Position numbers and translations under genes: made by a program. Positions 1 to 10,940 of a DNA stretch of 64,000 nucleotides are shown here, one piece after another. The notes below the pieces were generated by a model. The model had not been told where the DNA came from. It worked only from the letters and a program-made list of their open reading frames with translations, and ran no database searches. The stretch spans positions 186,001-250,000 of the forward strand of contig CBFDEM010000040.1 in the NCBI GenBank assembly GCA_965603825.1, in the 5' to 3' direction. Origin of the DNA: Blepharisma stoltei ATCC 30299. Lineage: Eukaryota > Protista > Ciliophora. Within the stretch, counting starts at the first letter, position 1. Each line of letters starts with the position of its first letter.

Positions 1-1324
1 TTATTACTCTCAAATTTAAATTGAAAATTTTGAGCTAAATTATAATTAGCAACGATATTTTTGAATTTAAAAGATATAGTCTTTGCTTTTTAATCTATAA
101 GTTTATTTTCAATCAAGATTGTTTATATCTTATGTATTTTTTACAAGAGAAAGCGCCGTTTTTGATATTAAATCATATTGAAATCTTGAAAATTCATTTT
201 TTCTTCTATAATTGATTTTATCTTATTAATATATATTGTTCAATTTATCAATGCAGACTCAACATATGCAATACAAAAATCAGTATAAAATTTAAATGAA
301 AGATGCATAATAAGTTGCTGAAGCAAATAGATTTTTATTTTGTTTTTTCTCCAATGTCTAATCGAAAGCCATCAGAATTTTAGTGTCATATATTTCATTT
401 TAATGTGTTTAAGCTTGCATTCATATTTTTACATCTTCTCGTTGTTTTTGTGTCAATATTAAAGATTTCATTTGCCTAGCTCTTACCCTGCTTATAATTA
501 ATTTTGAAAATGGATGAGAATTGGAAAGTGAAGGAAATGCATTCAATAGTGCAGTCTTTCTTTGATTAAATTCTTGAAGATTTTAGTATTATAGAGATCA
601 TAAAAATAGATTGCAAAGTTTTCTCATTAACACAAGCAGCCTTTAGATGAGATTGTGTATTCCTAATTATAAGCCATAGGCAAAATGCAATATTTGTTTT
701 AATGAAGGAACGACTTACAACATTAAACTGAGCTTGATTCCTATTAGCCACAGTGATTTCGGACCCAAGAACCCTCGACTTTTAAGTTATTGAAATACTC
801 AATTTATAGTCTGTTTCTGTTTTATAACAGCATAAAGAAATTGTTAGTAGTAGATTCGCACCATAGGAATCAATAGTGATAATAATGATAGCACAATTTA
901 AGATATCGTGCATTTTATATGTCTATCAACTAGCAATATATCTTTATATTATGGTCTCAATTTAATTTTTCGAGATAGTGCTTAAAAAGATTCTTTCATT
1001 AACATTATCAGTAATCAGAGTATTGTTTCCTCAATCACTATTTTACACAATAAATTCAAAACATTTTATAGTTTTTTTGATTTTTTAGGAATAAAAATTT
1101 TTTTTGTTCTTCCGCAGAAAAAGCAGGAAATAAGTAGATAGTTATTTTTTCATTGCAGCCCTTAATAATAGTGCTCTAAATTAAAAATTTATTCTTTTTA
1201 ATTATCTTTTGTATAGTAACTTTCATTTTGCTTTGAAAAGAAAAACCTTTGACAGCAACTTTCTCATATGTCTGGAATTGTTAAATTTAATTATACATTA
1301 AAGGATTTAAATTCAAGATTTAGC

Positions 1325-1978
1325 TTATAATTGCTCATGCGCCGACGTTGAGGATGGGAAATAAAATGAGTCCCCACAGTTAGTTGATGCTTTGGTGCAG
1401 TCAATCTGCTTGAGACTATTATCATAGCAAAGCAGTACATTCTCAATGTAATATTTTCCACTTGATTCAAAGCACTGAATATTAATAGCATTTGAAAATG
1501 CCCCATAAAAAGTGTTCTTGCTCACAGTTTGCGAGTTGCTAGGCTTAATTCCTTTAGCTGCTAATAAATTCAGTACTCCCAATTGGTTAAAAAGCTGGGC
1601 AGCATCAGCAAAATAGGTATTGGATGGGACTGCTGGGTTCATGCAAACTCCATGCTTTTCCCATTCATGCTCCCAAAAGCTAAGAGGGGTTTCGCTGTCT
1701 GAAAGCCAGCATTGCTGTATTGCAGCTTGAGTTGTTGAGTTTACGCTAAATGAATAAGAAGATGTACAGTATTGAGGCTGGGTACCTGAAGCGACACTAG
1801 GCCAGAGGCCATGGATATTGAAATTGAGTCCATAGTAGCCAGATTGGCATTTAGTTGTCATGCACATTGTTGGCTTCCACTCTATAGTGAAAATATTGTA
1901 TGTTGCTGAAACTCCAGCCTGTAAAAATTCAGGACCGGCAAGAGCACTTGTGAATAAACTCACCAAGATAGCAAGCAT
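1325..1978 (-). CDS. Secreted ribonuclease T2 family protein
   Basis: Signal peptide MLAILVSLFTSALA; CAS I motif FNIHGLWP and CAS II motif FWEHEWEKHGVC; Cys pattern of the T2 family. Confidence 0.93.
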   Translation of the reverse strand: MLAILVSLFTSALAGPEFLQAGVSATYNIFTIEWKPTMCMTTKCQSGYYGLNFNIHGLWPSVASGTQPQYCTSSYSFSVNSTTQAAIQQCWLSDSETPLSFWEHEWEKHGVCMNPAVPSNTYFADAAQLFNQLGVLNLLAAKGIKPSNSQTVSKNTFYGAFSNAINIQCFESSGKYYIENVLLCYDNSLKQIDCTKASTNCGDSFYFPSSTSAHEQL

Positions 1979-2137
1979 TTTTTATCAAGAGTCAGTATTT
2001 CTACAGCAATCTGTTGAAATAAATCTTAAAAAATAATGCATGAGTTTATTGCAATTGCGGCTATATAATTTATTATGATTTTGCAACGAACTGCTAGTCT
2101 TCTGATGGACTTCATTATGAATTTTTATTTTTAATTT

Positions 2138-2720
2138 ATGGACATTTATGGAGGCTTTTCTACTAAGCAACAAGAAAATATATATGGGAAATTATCTGAA
2201 TCCTTAATTTTTCTATTATCTCATCATATCGCACAAATCATAATCAATGCAAAAGTTAATGAAAATGAATTCAAAGAAAAAGTCTTATTAATTTACCAAC
2301 AAATGAATAGGCTAGAGCCAAATTAATATACCCCACCCAGGCTGTCTGAGTATTTTCAAGAATTAGCTCTATTATTGGTTGCAAAAGAAGATATGGCTCC
2401 AATTGAAGAATTCCCAAGCAAAGATTCAGTATTAATACAAACTGACCCAGAAATATGAAATAAAAGCTACATAACGCCCTAAATTTCATATAAAAGGCAA
2501 TTCATTCATCTGCAAGCTGTCAAGACGATCTTTTAGTCATTCAAAACTCAAAAAAGATCCCAATTTCGAGTCATCTATAAGAGCTTACAAAGGCTGAGCC
2601 CAAGACTCCAGATCAAAACTCCCTTCACAAAATCTTGAAAAATCCCCGAACAAATATTACCACATAAAAAAGCCTCACGATCTCACAAAGCTCTACCCAA
2701 GCCTCAAAAAAAGCTTTAAA
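2138..2720 (+). pseudogene. Possible decayed gene or short 62-aa ORF
   Basis: 62 open codons from ATG 2138, then TAA 2324, then 51 more protein-like codons in the same frame (YTPPRLSEYFQELALLLVAKEDMAPIEEF...), then further TAA/TAG. No GT-AG tiny intron rescues the first stop. Confidence 0.3.
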
Positions 2721-2767
2721 ATTTTTAAAGATATATACATAAGATCACCTTTAGTAATAATCTAAAT

Positions 2768-4103
2768 ATGCCTCACAAAAAATGCCAAATTTGCAGTAAA
2801 CCTTTCCATTTCTTAACCCGCAAGCGTGAATGCATTTTATGCAGTATTTTTTTACATAGACAATACCTTTTGCAAAGACTGCACAGTCAAGGTAAAAGAA
2901 AGTGGGTTTTCTAGGAGATTTTGTAAAAACTGCTTGCCGAATTGCCAAAGAGGCCATTCTATAAATATTACTGAAGGGATCAGCGAAATACGTGATCTTC
3001 ATGACGAATATTTAGCAAGCAGCCCTAAAAATGTGGTCCATAATGTCCATGTGGTCGAAGATGCTAAGACCCCTACTGGACTCTCTGTAAGATCTATATA
3101 GGGATTGCCCAATGATTGGGAGCAGCAAGTAAGAAGGCGAGGATCAAGCCAACAAGAAGCAGAAAGACTGTCAAAACACTTATTAATGGTCATAAATTCC
3201 TCGTGTAAAAGTGAAAATGGTAGCTGCTTCCAAAATTTAAGCCATCTTGCAACGATTTCTAAAAACAATCCAGAAATAAAATATACAATTATTGAGCAAA
3301 TCACCAAAAAAGGACTTGAAGACTTTTGGGTTGTTGAAGACACTAGTACTCATGAAACTTTTGCCCTAAAAAGAGTCAACCCAAGCTCAAAGCGGGAAAA
3401 ACAAAAAATCCTAACTGAAGTCGCAATTATGCAGTCTTGTGACAATGTAAATATAGTAAAATGCATTGAGTGCTTTTTCCATATAAATAGTATATGAATT
3501 ATAGAAGAGCTGATGTTTATGAGCTTAGATGAAATGGTCCAAGTCAAAGCTGGGCTTATCGATGAAGAAATTATGGCTTATATTTTGAAAGAAATTATAA
3601 AAGCACTAAATTATTTATGTGAAAAACAGATTATACATAGAGATATTTGTAGTGGAAATATTATGATTTCAAGGACTGGGGAAGTAAAACTTTGCGATTT
3701 TGGGTTTGCTGCGGATTTGGCTAATGGGAACAAGAGGAGAGGGACTGTGGTGGGGTCACCATGCTGGATGGCTCCTGAAATGATTTCTGGGTCTAATTAT
3801 GACCATATGGTCGATATTTGATCACTCGGAATTGTAGCTTTAGAGCTAGCAGAAGGCCCGCCTCCTATGGTTAAAGATGCCCCTATTAAGGTTTTATTTA
3901 AAATTGCTACAAGGCCGCCTCCACGACTTCAAAATCCTGCACTTTGGAGTGAAGAGTTCATAAATTTCCTCGATAAATGCTTGCAAAAGAACCCAGCTGA
4001 AAGATTAGACAGTAAAAAGCTGCTTGAACATCCATTTATCTTGAAAATCCAAGATGACTCTCAAAGGAAGCTTGCGAATTTAATCAGACTGCCTGAACCT
4101 TAA
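2768..4103 (+). CDS. STE20/PAK-family Ser/Thr kinase with N-terminal FYVE-like zinc finger and CRIB/PBD domain
   Basis: ATG 2768; introns 2844-2859 and 3087-3101; TGA=Trp at 3495 and 3819 (DI-W-SLGI). FYVE-like CQIC..RKRECILCNNTFCKDC..FCKNC; CRIB-like SSPKNVVHNVHV..TGLSGLPNDW; kinase motifs FALK, HRDI, DFG, VGSPCWMAPE. Confidence 0.88.
2844..2859 (+). other. 16-nt spliceosomal intron GTATTTTTTTACATAG
   Basis: Removal fixes a frameshift and restores the CILC-NNTF-CKDC zinc-finger pattern. Confidence 0.85.
3087..3101 (+). other. 15-nt intron GTAAGATCTATATAG
   Basis: Contains an in-frame TAG; removal restores the CRIB-adjacent GLS-GLPNDW. Confidence 0.88.
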
Positions 4104-4180
4104 AACTGATATACTTTTAAAGTCTATAGCAAGATATAAGAAATTAGCGTAAATTTTTTACAATTAATCCGTTAATATTG

Positions 4181-4636
4181 TTACATATTTTCACAGCTCA
4201 AGCATTTACAAAAATGCTTGCAGTAAAGGTTTTTTTGGTAACACTCACAATATTTTTTCCGGCAATTTGATCTTTTACAGCTGCAACCTCGCTGGTGTTT
4301 TACATTGACGATTTTGAGTTTTTCGTGAGAAATAAGCTTGGTTTCATCTTCAATTGGAATGTTGCTACAGCCAATGCAGTCACAATCTGCACAAAGGGAA
4401 TTGGCAGCAAAGCATTCACAATACATTTTGAGGCATTGTGATCTTTTGCATGCGCACTTTGGGGTTAGTGAGCTTAGAGCTCGTTTTTGGGGAAAAGAAT
4501 ATAGCTTATTTAGCTTAAGAGTATTTGTTGTAATAGGATAAAATGAGATGTAGTCGTCAATTGGAGAAAGATTAGTCAGGCAGAATTGAGTAAACGGTGA
4601 AAGTTCTCTCTTTGGTGTGTTAGATTCTGCTTCCAT
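4181..4636 (-). CDS. Tesmin/TSO1/LIN54-like CXC (CRC) domain protein
   Basis: Two CXC repeats: CACKRSQCLKMYCECF and CSCKRSNCRKKYCECY. Confidence 0.9.
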   Translation of the reverse strand: MEAESNTPKRELSPFTQFCLTNLSPIDDYISFYPITTNTLKLNKLYSFPQKRALSSLTPKCACKRSQCLKMYCECFAANSLCADCDCIGCSNIPIEDETKLISHEKLKIVNVKHQRGCSCKRSNCRKKYCECYQKNLYCKHFCKCLSCENM

Positions 4637-4925
4637 ATTATAATAAAAATCAAATTTAAAATGAGTTACGCAGGAAAATTATGGTAAGGGCAATCAATGC
4701 TTTTTCTTAAATAATTTTAATAAATTTCCTAAAGTAATATTTATTAACCATTTCCAATAAAATCACTTTAAATGACTGCTTATTAATTTTTTATAATATT
4801 TCTCAATAGAACCAATGCTCCTTACTATTTCTTTCTACCAAACAATTTATTTTTAATTTTTTCACTCAAATTTTATTAAATTTCCTTTTAAAACTTCTCG
4901 CTTACTTATATCTATACACATTAAG

Positions 4926-5375
4926 TTATTCTATTATGTTCTCAGAGTATCTTCTCTTTATATCACTCGATTCATACAATAAATTATCCAATGATAGCCT
5001 TTTCCTTTCTCCTCCATTATCTTTACATAGGGGAGAAACCAAAAGCTTTGGATCAAGTCGAATGAGCTCCTTTTTTGCATATGTAAATTCTTCGACCTGC
5101 GTCTTTTTTGTGAATTTTTCGAAAAATACCGATTTCGATTCTTCATCATGAGCGTCAGTTGGCTCTACAAAGCTTGCTTTTCGCTGGGGAAGTCTCTGAT
5201 ACTCATCCAAGTCTGGATCGCTTTCACAATGATGTGATTTTTTTAACGCCTTCTTTGCTAGCACATATTCATTTTTATAGTGGGCTTTTCTTGCTTTTAA
5301 AAAGTCTGGGCTTGAAGGTTTTTCTTCTAAGTCAGAATTTAGATGAACTTTTTTCTTTGTTTGTATAATGCCCAT
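4926..5375 (-). CDS. Protein phosphatase inhibitor-2-like protein (putative PP1 regulator)
   Basis: FLKARKAHYKNEY resembles the I-2 helix FxxKRKxHYNE; RVxF-like KKVHL and RKASF; likely start MGIIQ at 5375. Confidence 0.45.
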   Translation of the reverse strand: MGIIQTKKKVHLNSDLEEKPSSPDFLKARKAHYKNEYVLAKKALKKSHHCESDPDLDEYQRLPQRKASFVEPTDAHDEESKSVFFEKFTKKTQVEEFTYAKKELIRLDPKLLVSPLCKDNGGERKRLSLDNLLYESSDIKRRYSENIIE

Positions 5376-5822
5376 GATATTACAATTACTTTTGGTAGAA
5401 ATACCAATGGTAAAATGGTACCAATAGATTTCTATCATTTATGGAAGCGAAAACGTAAAAGAATTAAATGGACGTATGAGAAGGAAAAGGAAAAGAACTG
5501 GGTTATTTAATAAGAAATTCAAAATTAATAACTATTGGTAACAGATGATAGGTTTCATATTTATTGCTCTCTAGTTAATTTGAAGGTAAAAATACATAAT
5601 TATAAAATAGATAGTAGTATTTATAAGATTAGAGAATACTCTAGCATTGTCAAGAATTGTAAAAGAATTTCTAGGGTCATAGGTTGGATCTTAATTTTCA
5701 TGATCACCCAAGCTATTCATTATTGATAAAAATTTATCCTTAATTTAAAAGTAGATAAAATGGTATTTTTATAAGCAAATGTTTTATTATTCTTGATAAA
5801 TCAAAACATATAGCAATTCTTA

Positions 5823-6446
5823 CTAAAATAATCTGCAAACCACACGGCATACACAGCAAGCTTCACGATTTCTTGCATCAACTTGTGTGCTGCTTCTACT
5901 TTCATTCCTTCCTTCATAAAATTTCAGCGACTTTTGCAGGGCAATCATAAAAGCTTCCTCAACATTTTCCCCAGTTTTTGCTGAAGTTTCAATATATTTT
6001 AAATAGTAATTCTTCAAAAAGTTTTGCAAATCACTTTCATCAATATCTCTCTCTTCTGTTTTATCACTTTTATTTCCCACTAAAAGAATCCTTGGCAGCT
6101 TTATTCCACTTAAAGTCAGCTCTGAGATCCATTTATTAAGATTTTTAAAACTTTCTCGTTTTGATAAATCGAAAATAAGAATAGCAGCACTAGCATGATT
6201 ATAAAACTGAGTTAATGCAGGTCTGTATTTTATATGTCCCGGCACATCTCAAAGATCAACTTTTACGACTTTTCCTTCTAATTCAAGAGTTCGGTGTTTG
6301 TTTCCAATCCCATGTGTGGTTGGGATATTTTGGTTGAATTCTTCGTTTATAAATAGACTTAGAAGGCTCGATTTGCCAACTTGAGAATCGCCCACAAGTA
6401 CAATTTTGACGCTTACATCGATGTCAATGCTTTCTCTGCTCTCCAT
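5823..6446 (-). CDS. Divergent Rab-family small GTPase
   Basis: ORFs 6249-6446 and 5823-6245 are joined by TGA=Trp at 6249-6251. G1 GDSQVGKS, G3 WDVPGH, G4 NKSD, G5 ETSAK; Cys-rich C-terminus CCVCRVVCRLF. Confidence 0.9.
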
Positions 6447-6536
6447 TATTTTTTTTAAATATGCTGGATATTCTATAATAAATTAAAATTTATCTAAAGA
6501 AATCTAGAGAATTTTATTGAGGTAAAGATTTTTATT

Positions 6537-6800
6537 TTAATAACAATTAATAATTATTTTTAAAATTGTTTTCATTTTTCTTTTAGCCCATATTCTGATT
6601 AGATTTACTAGATTTTGATAATTTTCAAGAGGTGCTTTTACCAAAAAGTAATAGCAAAGGAATAAAAAGGTATTTAGCAGCAATTTCGAAAAACTAATCA
6701 TAATCCTAGATAAGGTCCCTACAAGCTCCAACAGCGTTAAAAAAAATTCTGTATATTGAGTTTGCAAGCCAGAATCATTCATTTTTATATCAATATCCAT
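6537..6800 (-). CDS. Hypothetical small membrane protein
   Basis: 87-aa ATG..TAA ORF with a hydrophobic stretch; fills the gap in a tight chain of minus-strand genes. Confidence 0.45.
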   Translation of the reverse strand: MDIDIKMNDSGLQTQYTEFFLTLLELVGTLSRIMISFSKLLLNTFLFLCYYFLVKAPLENYQNLVNLIRIWAKRKMKTILKIIINCY

Positions 6801-6841
6801 TATTCACTTACAATTCTGATTTATCATATAAAATGTTTATT

Positions 6842-8338
6842 TTATTCTAATGCTATATTTCTCTTCTTATTATGAATTTCATTCGCAAATGCTTCAATTA
6901 TTTGTAAAGATTTGAAATAAAGAACTTTTGCCTCATCAATAGAATCTGATATGGCGAGCACACCAAATCTTCCAAATTCTGCCGTAAAAGAAAAGTTATA
7001 GATAACTATTCCAATCATTCTATCTGAGTCGAATTGAAGCTCTACGTTAGAATTGATAAATTCAATGAAAAATCTAGGCGTAAGTCCTGCATAGATTTCA
7101 TTTATCACGCAATCGTTTGCAAAATAATATTTAAATTTTCCTTCTTTACTTTTCAATAAGCCATCTTCAGTGATTTCAGAATTGATCAGCCTCTTTGCTG
7201 TCAAGAAGGGATGCGAGGTCCCAGTCCACCTTATATTAATTTCTATTGCATAAATATTTAAAGAATCATTTTCTTTTTTCACAACAAAATCAACCCCAAA
7301 TCTTTCTCTACACCCTTTTCTTGACAAAATATTTCCTATTTTGGCAGTTTGGTTCATTATTTCTTGCCGATATTCATTTTTTGCTGGAAATTCACATCCC
7401 ACATAGATTAACCCATGCAAAATTTGTTCATGAGTCGACAAGATTTCAACATCCCCATTTTGATAAATAATCCCTTGGCACGATGGTGAAGAAAAAGCAT
7501 CATCAATTCATATTTCCACCATAACTCCAAAATTCTGGATCTTCTGCTGATAAGATTCTCAATTTTCATTTGCAAACTGGAATTCTATTTTATTTTCTAA
7601 TGCATCTCTAATAGATTCATGCAAATTTGTCCTATCGAAATACTTTGTATGCAAAAGACAAGTCCCAATTCCTCCAAGTCCATTATTCTGCTTTATGACA
7701 AATTTAGTAATTTCTGAATTATTTTCAATATAGAGGGTGGATAAAGCTTCTATTAAGCCTTCTACACTTTTAATAACCCCACTGCTTTTTGGATGTGGGA
7801 TTTCTGCTTCTGCGAATATTTCTTTATTGCCTGCTCTGGTAGCAAAATAAGAATAATGATAGTCATTAGCAAACAGCTGGACATTTAATTCATTGGCAAG
7901 CTCATATTCTAGGTTTGTACCAATATAGGTAACCATCAACGATTTGGAAGGATTAATAAACTGCTTGATTTTTTCTATCAAAATTGGATGCCTATATAGC
8001 TTTTCTACTAGACATGATGAACTTGTATCGTCACAGCTTAAAAATAAAACGCGTTTTTTTAATTCTTTTGGGGTAAAGCTTGAATTTCGAGTAAGGAGCT
8101 GAATGTAATAAAGGATTGTTGATTTTTCTAAAGGTAAACTTGTGGCATAAACGATTTTGATATTGGGATTGGTTAAGTATGAGAAATAATAAAAAAGCCT
8201 TTCTTCATAATTGTGTATTCCTTTAAATTTTGTAAGCTCGTTTGTAGGGAATGATAGGGATGGAATAACTATTATATATTCTGCGTTATCAAGTGTCGCA
8301 TAGGTTTCTCTCCTTCTATCAGATTTATGATCCTCCAT
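6842..8338 (-). CDS. ATP-grasp peptide/carboxylate-amine ligase, PGM1-related (bacterial type), 498 aa
   Basis: ORFs joined across TGA 7559 and 7508. Motifs IPSLS..KGIHNYEERL, SPSCQ..VEILSTHEQIL..YVGCEFPA, RFGVDF, AIEINIRWTGTSHP and EFGRFG match bacterial PGM1-related ligases as I recall them. Confidence 0.8.
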
Positions 8339-8404
8339 GCTGGGTTATTAATTGATAAGCAAATAATAATAATTTTTAGACAAAAAGCAACGGATTTATT
8401 AATA

Positions 8405-9943
8405 TTATGGCTTAGAAATTCTTTCATAAAAAGATTTGGCTTCCAGGATAATTTGTATTATAATCATCATTTCTTCTAACGAAAACCCTAACGATAGAGG
8501 GTCTGTATTGATATTCATCAACAAATCATTCCCAAACACTATTGATCCGCATAACTTGCTACTTCTACATGCATCTGACGATGCTTTATTTCCTGACAAA
8601 AATGCATGGACTATTAGCTCTCTAGCTAAGTAGTCAACTTTGTCGTTTACCATTGAAAAATTGGCATCTGAAGTCCTGAAAACTACATAGTCATTTTTTA
8701 GGTGACAAGATAGCAGAGGACACATAACAGTCCCTTCAGTCACTTTTTCACATTGTTTTGGGATTGTTCCTTCAGATGACTCAGAATAATTCGTCCTTGC
8801 CTCACTTTTGAACTCTCCAGTCGTTAAATTAAATCTTGTAATTTCTAGATCTATAGGATTATGAATTTTCGACCGTATATGTAAAGAAGGCGACTGAATT
8901 GAGACCAAAAATGAGTCGACTGTTAGTTTTTCTGTATGAGAATGATGATTAATAGCATCTGAACAGTAAAATGGGCTCAATAGGAAATCTCTGCCCCAGG
9001 ATCACCATGAATAAGATTCATCTTTATTTTCTGTTTGAACAGGTGGAGGGGTTGCTTTTGAGAGTATCCCATAGAAATCTCTCATAAACATAGTATCATT
9101 TACCAAATTTAGCTTAACCTGTAGGGGAGCCAATAAAAATTTAAGCTGTTGAGTAGATAAATCTTTGATAAGCTGAGCATTATGCGACTTATAATGAGAA
9201 ATCGAATGCTCAGATGCTATATAAGACTGCAATACAAAACTCTGACATCTGACTGTACAAAGCGAATATAGCGATGATGACTTAAATCCGTGGCATAAAG
9301 GGCAGCCTCAGCATTTGATTTTTTCAAATTTATGCATGAGAATTATTTCACTCACAGTATCGTCTGGGCTGCCTGACACAATTCTAAAATTCATATCAGT
9401 AAATTCAATTTTCCTTCATACTCTGTATCCAGCCCCTCCAGGTACTTGCACAAATGGATTTAAAAATTCCTCTTCCCAGTTTTCATTGGTCGTATACAAT
9501 TTAAGCTTGTCTAAATTTAGCTGCCCAATATACAAAGCTTCTTCTCTTCCTCTTATAAGGACTGTTAAGTCCTGTATCTCTAAGTCCAGGTTTCCAATGA
9601 TTTTGCTTAATAAAGTTTCCTCTGATTCACTTACAGGCTGAATAGGATTATTGACAACAGTGTTTTCTGACAAAGAAATTTCGATGAAAACTTGGCATAA
9701 TTTTAGCTGTACAGATCTAGATGAGAGAGAAGTCCATGGGATTGACAATTCTATGCTATTTATTTCCCCACTTATCATCCTAATATAAGGGAGATTCAAT
9801 GATTTTGTGATGGCTAATGCATTTAGCTTGACATTTTCTAAAGCGATGTGGCCACTTCATAAGCTGAGTTTATTTATGTCGACGTTTGATAAGTATTCAG
9901 AAGCCACTCTTAGCAAGGCACTTCGGAGTAATGAAGCAATCAT
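8405..9943 (-). CDS. Chorein-N (VPS13/bridge-like lipid transfer) domain protein, short form, 512 aa
   Basis: ATG 9943; N-terminus LSLW(TGA)SGHIALENVKLN..LNLP..GEINSIELSIPWTSL is the chorein-N signature; ORFs 9416-9799, 9002-9232 and 8405-8980 are in one frame joined by TGA. Confidence 0.75.
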
Positions 9944-9998
9944 TTTATATGAAATGTGAATTATCCGTTTATTTATCATTCAAGAATTTATTGTTAAT

Positions 9999-10526
9999 TT
10001 ATAAATCATCATGTAAAATATTAAAAGAAGTCACATAAGGAGCCTCTTCAATGCCTTTTCCGAAATAAGCAGGTTTGAATTCTCCATTGATTCTTTTCAA
10101 AATTGAGTCGCGATATTCTTTGGAAGTCTTGGCTTTTCCAGCTTCATAAGGGCTTCCACTAAAACCGTCAGATATTCTTTCTGTCAAATACTTCCCTTGA
10201 GGAGAATTCGCAGGGAAAAAAGTTCGAATTTTTATTCTTGGGCTTGGGCTCCTAAGCTTGTGAGAAAATTCTTCAGTTGGCTTCATATAATTTCGCCTTG
10301 GAGAAACTGATTGGGAGTTATAAGACAGCCTATGTTTTTCAGGAGACTCTGAAGGGTATTTTGGGAATCTCTTTTTAAGAACCTGGGTCGTTATATTAGA
10401 ATGTCGGATTGAGTGGAGTGTACATTTTTTTGGAGAATGCTCTTTTCAGGATAGCGGAGAGGTATAATAAAATTTGTTTAAACTGATAGGGAATGTAGGT
10501 GGTGGGTTTGCCCTATTCAGTTCCAT
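9999..10526 (-). CDS. Hypothetical Ser/Pro-rich protein, 175 aa
   Basis: ATG 10526 is in frame with ORF 9999-10286 through one TGA; multiple SP motifs. Confidence 0.6.
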
Positions 10527-10940
10527 TTATGTTTATCATTTATATCTATAGGAGTCATATGCTCTCCAGTTTGATTTTAGAAAAATTATTTTATTGAATA
10601 AAAATATTTAGTTTTAATATAATTTTTGGTGAGCTTTTGAGTAAATAAATTTGATTTAAAATTGCAATATCTTTTTAACTAATTCAATTTTTCTTGTGAT
10701 TTAATGACATTTAAATGGAAATGAAAACTAATTGCATATGCTCCAAAACATAAATATCAATTCTCTATAAATACAGAAGCACATTCCGAATGTATTTAAC
10801 TATACATTCTAAAGCTGCTTTAAAAGATGTCTTTTTACAGATCAATATCAAAGCTATGCTTTATTTAAAAATTAATGACTAAGAGCATATTCCTCTATTT
10901 ATCGAATAAAGTATTCATATTATGTCTTATAAATCTTTAA

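Noticed and set aside
1-1290. ORF 566-751 and other short frames at the window start
   Set aside because: Non-ATG start, no motif, and no extension even with TGA=Trp or tiny introns; treated as intergenic.
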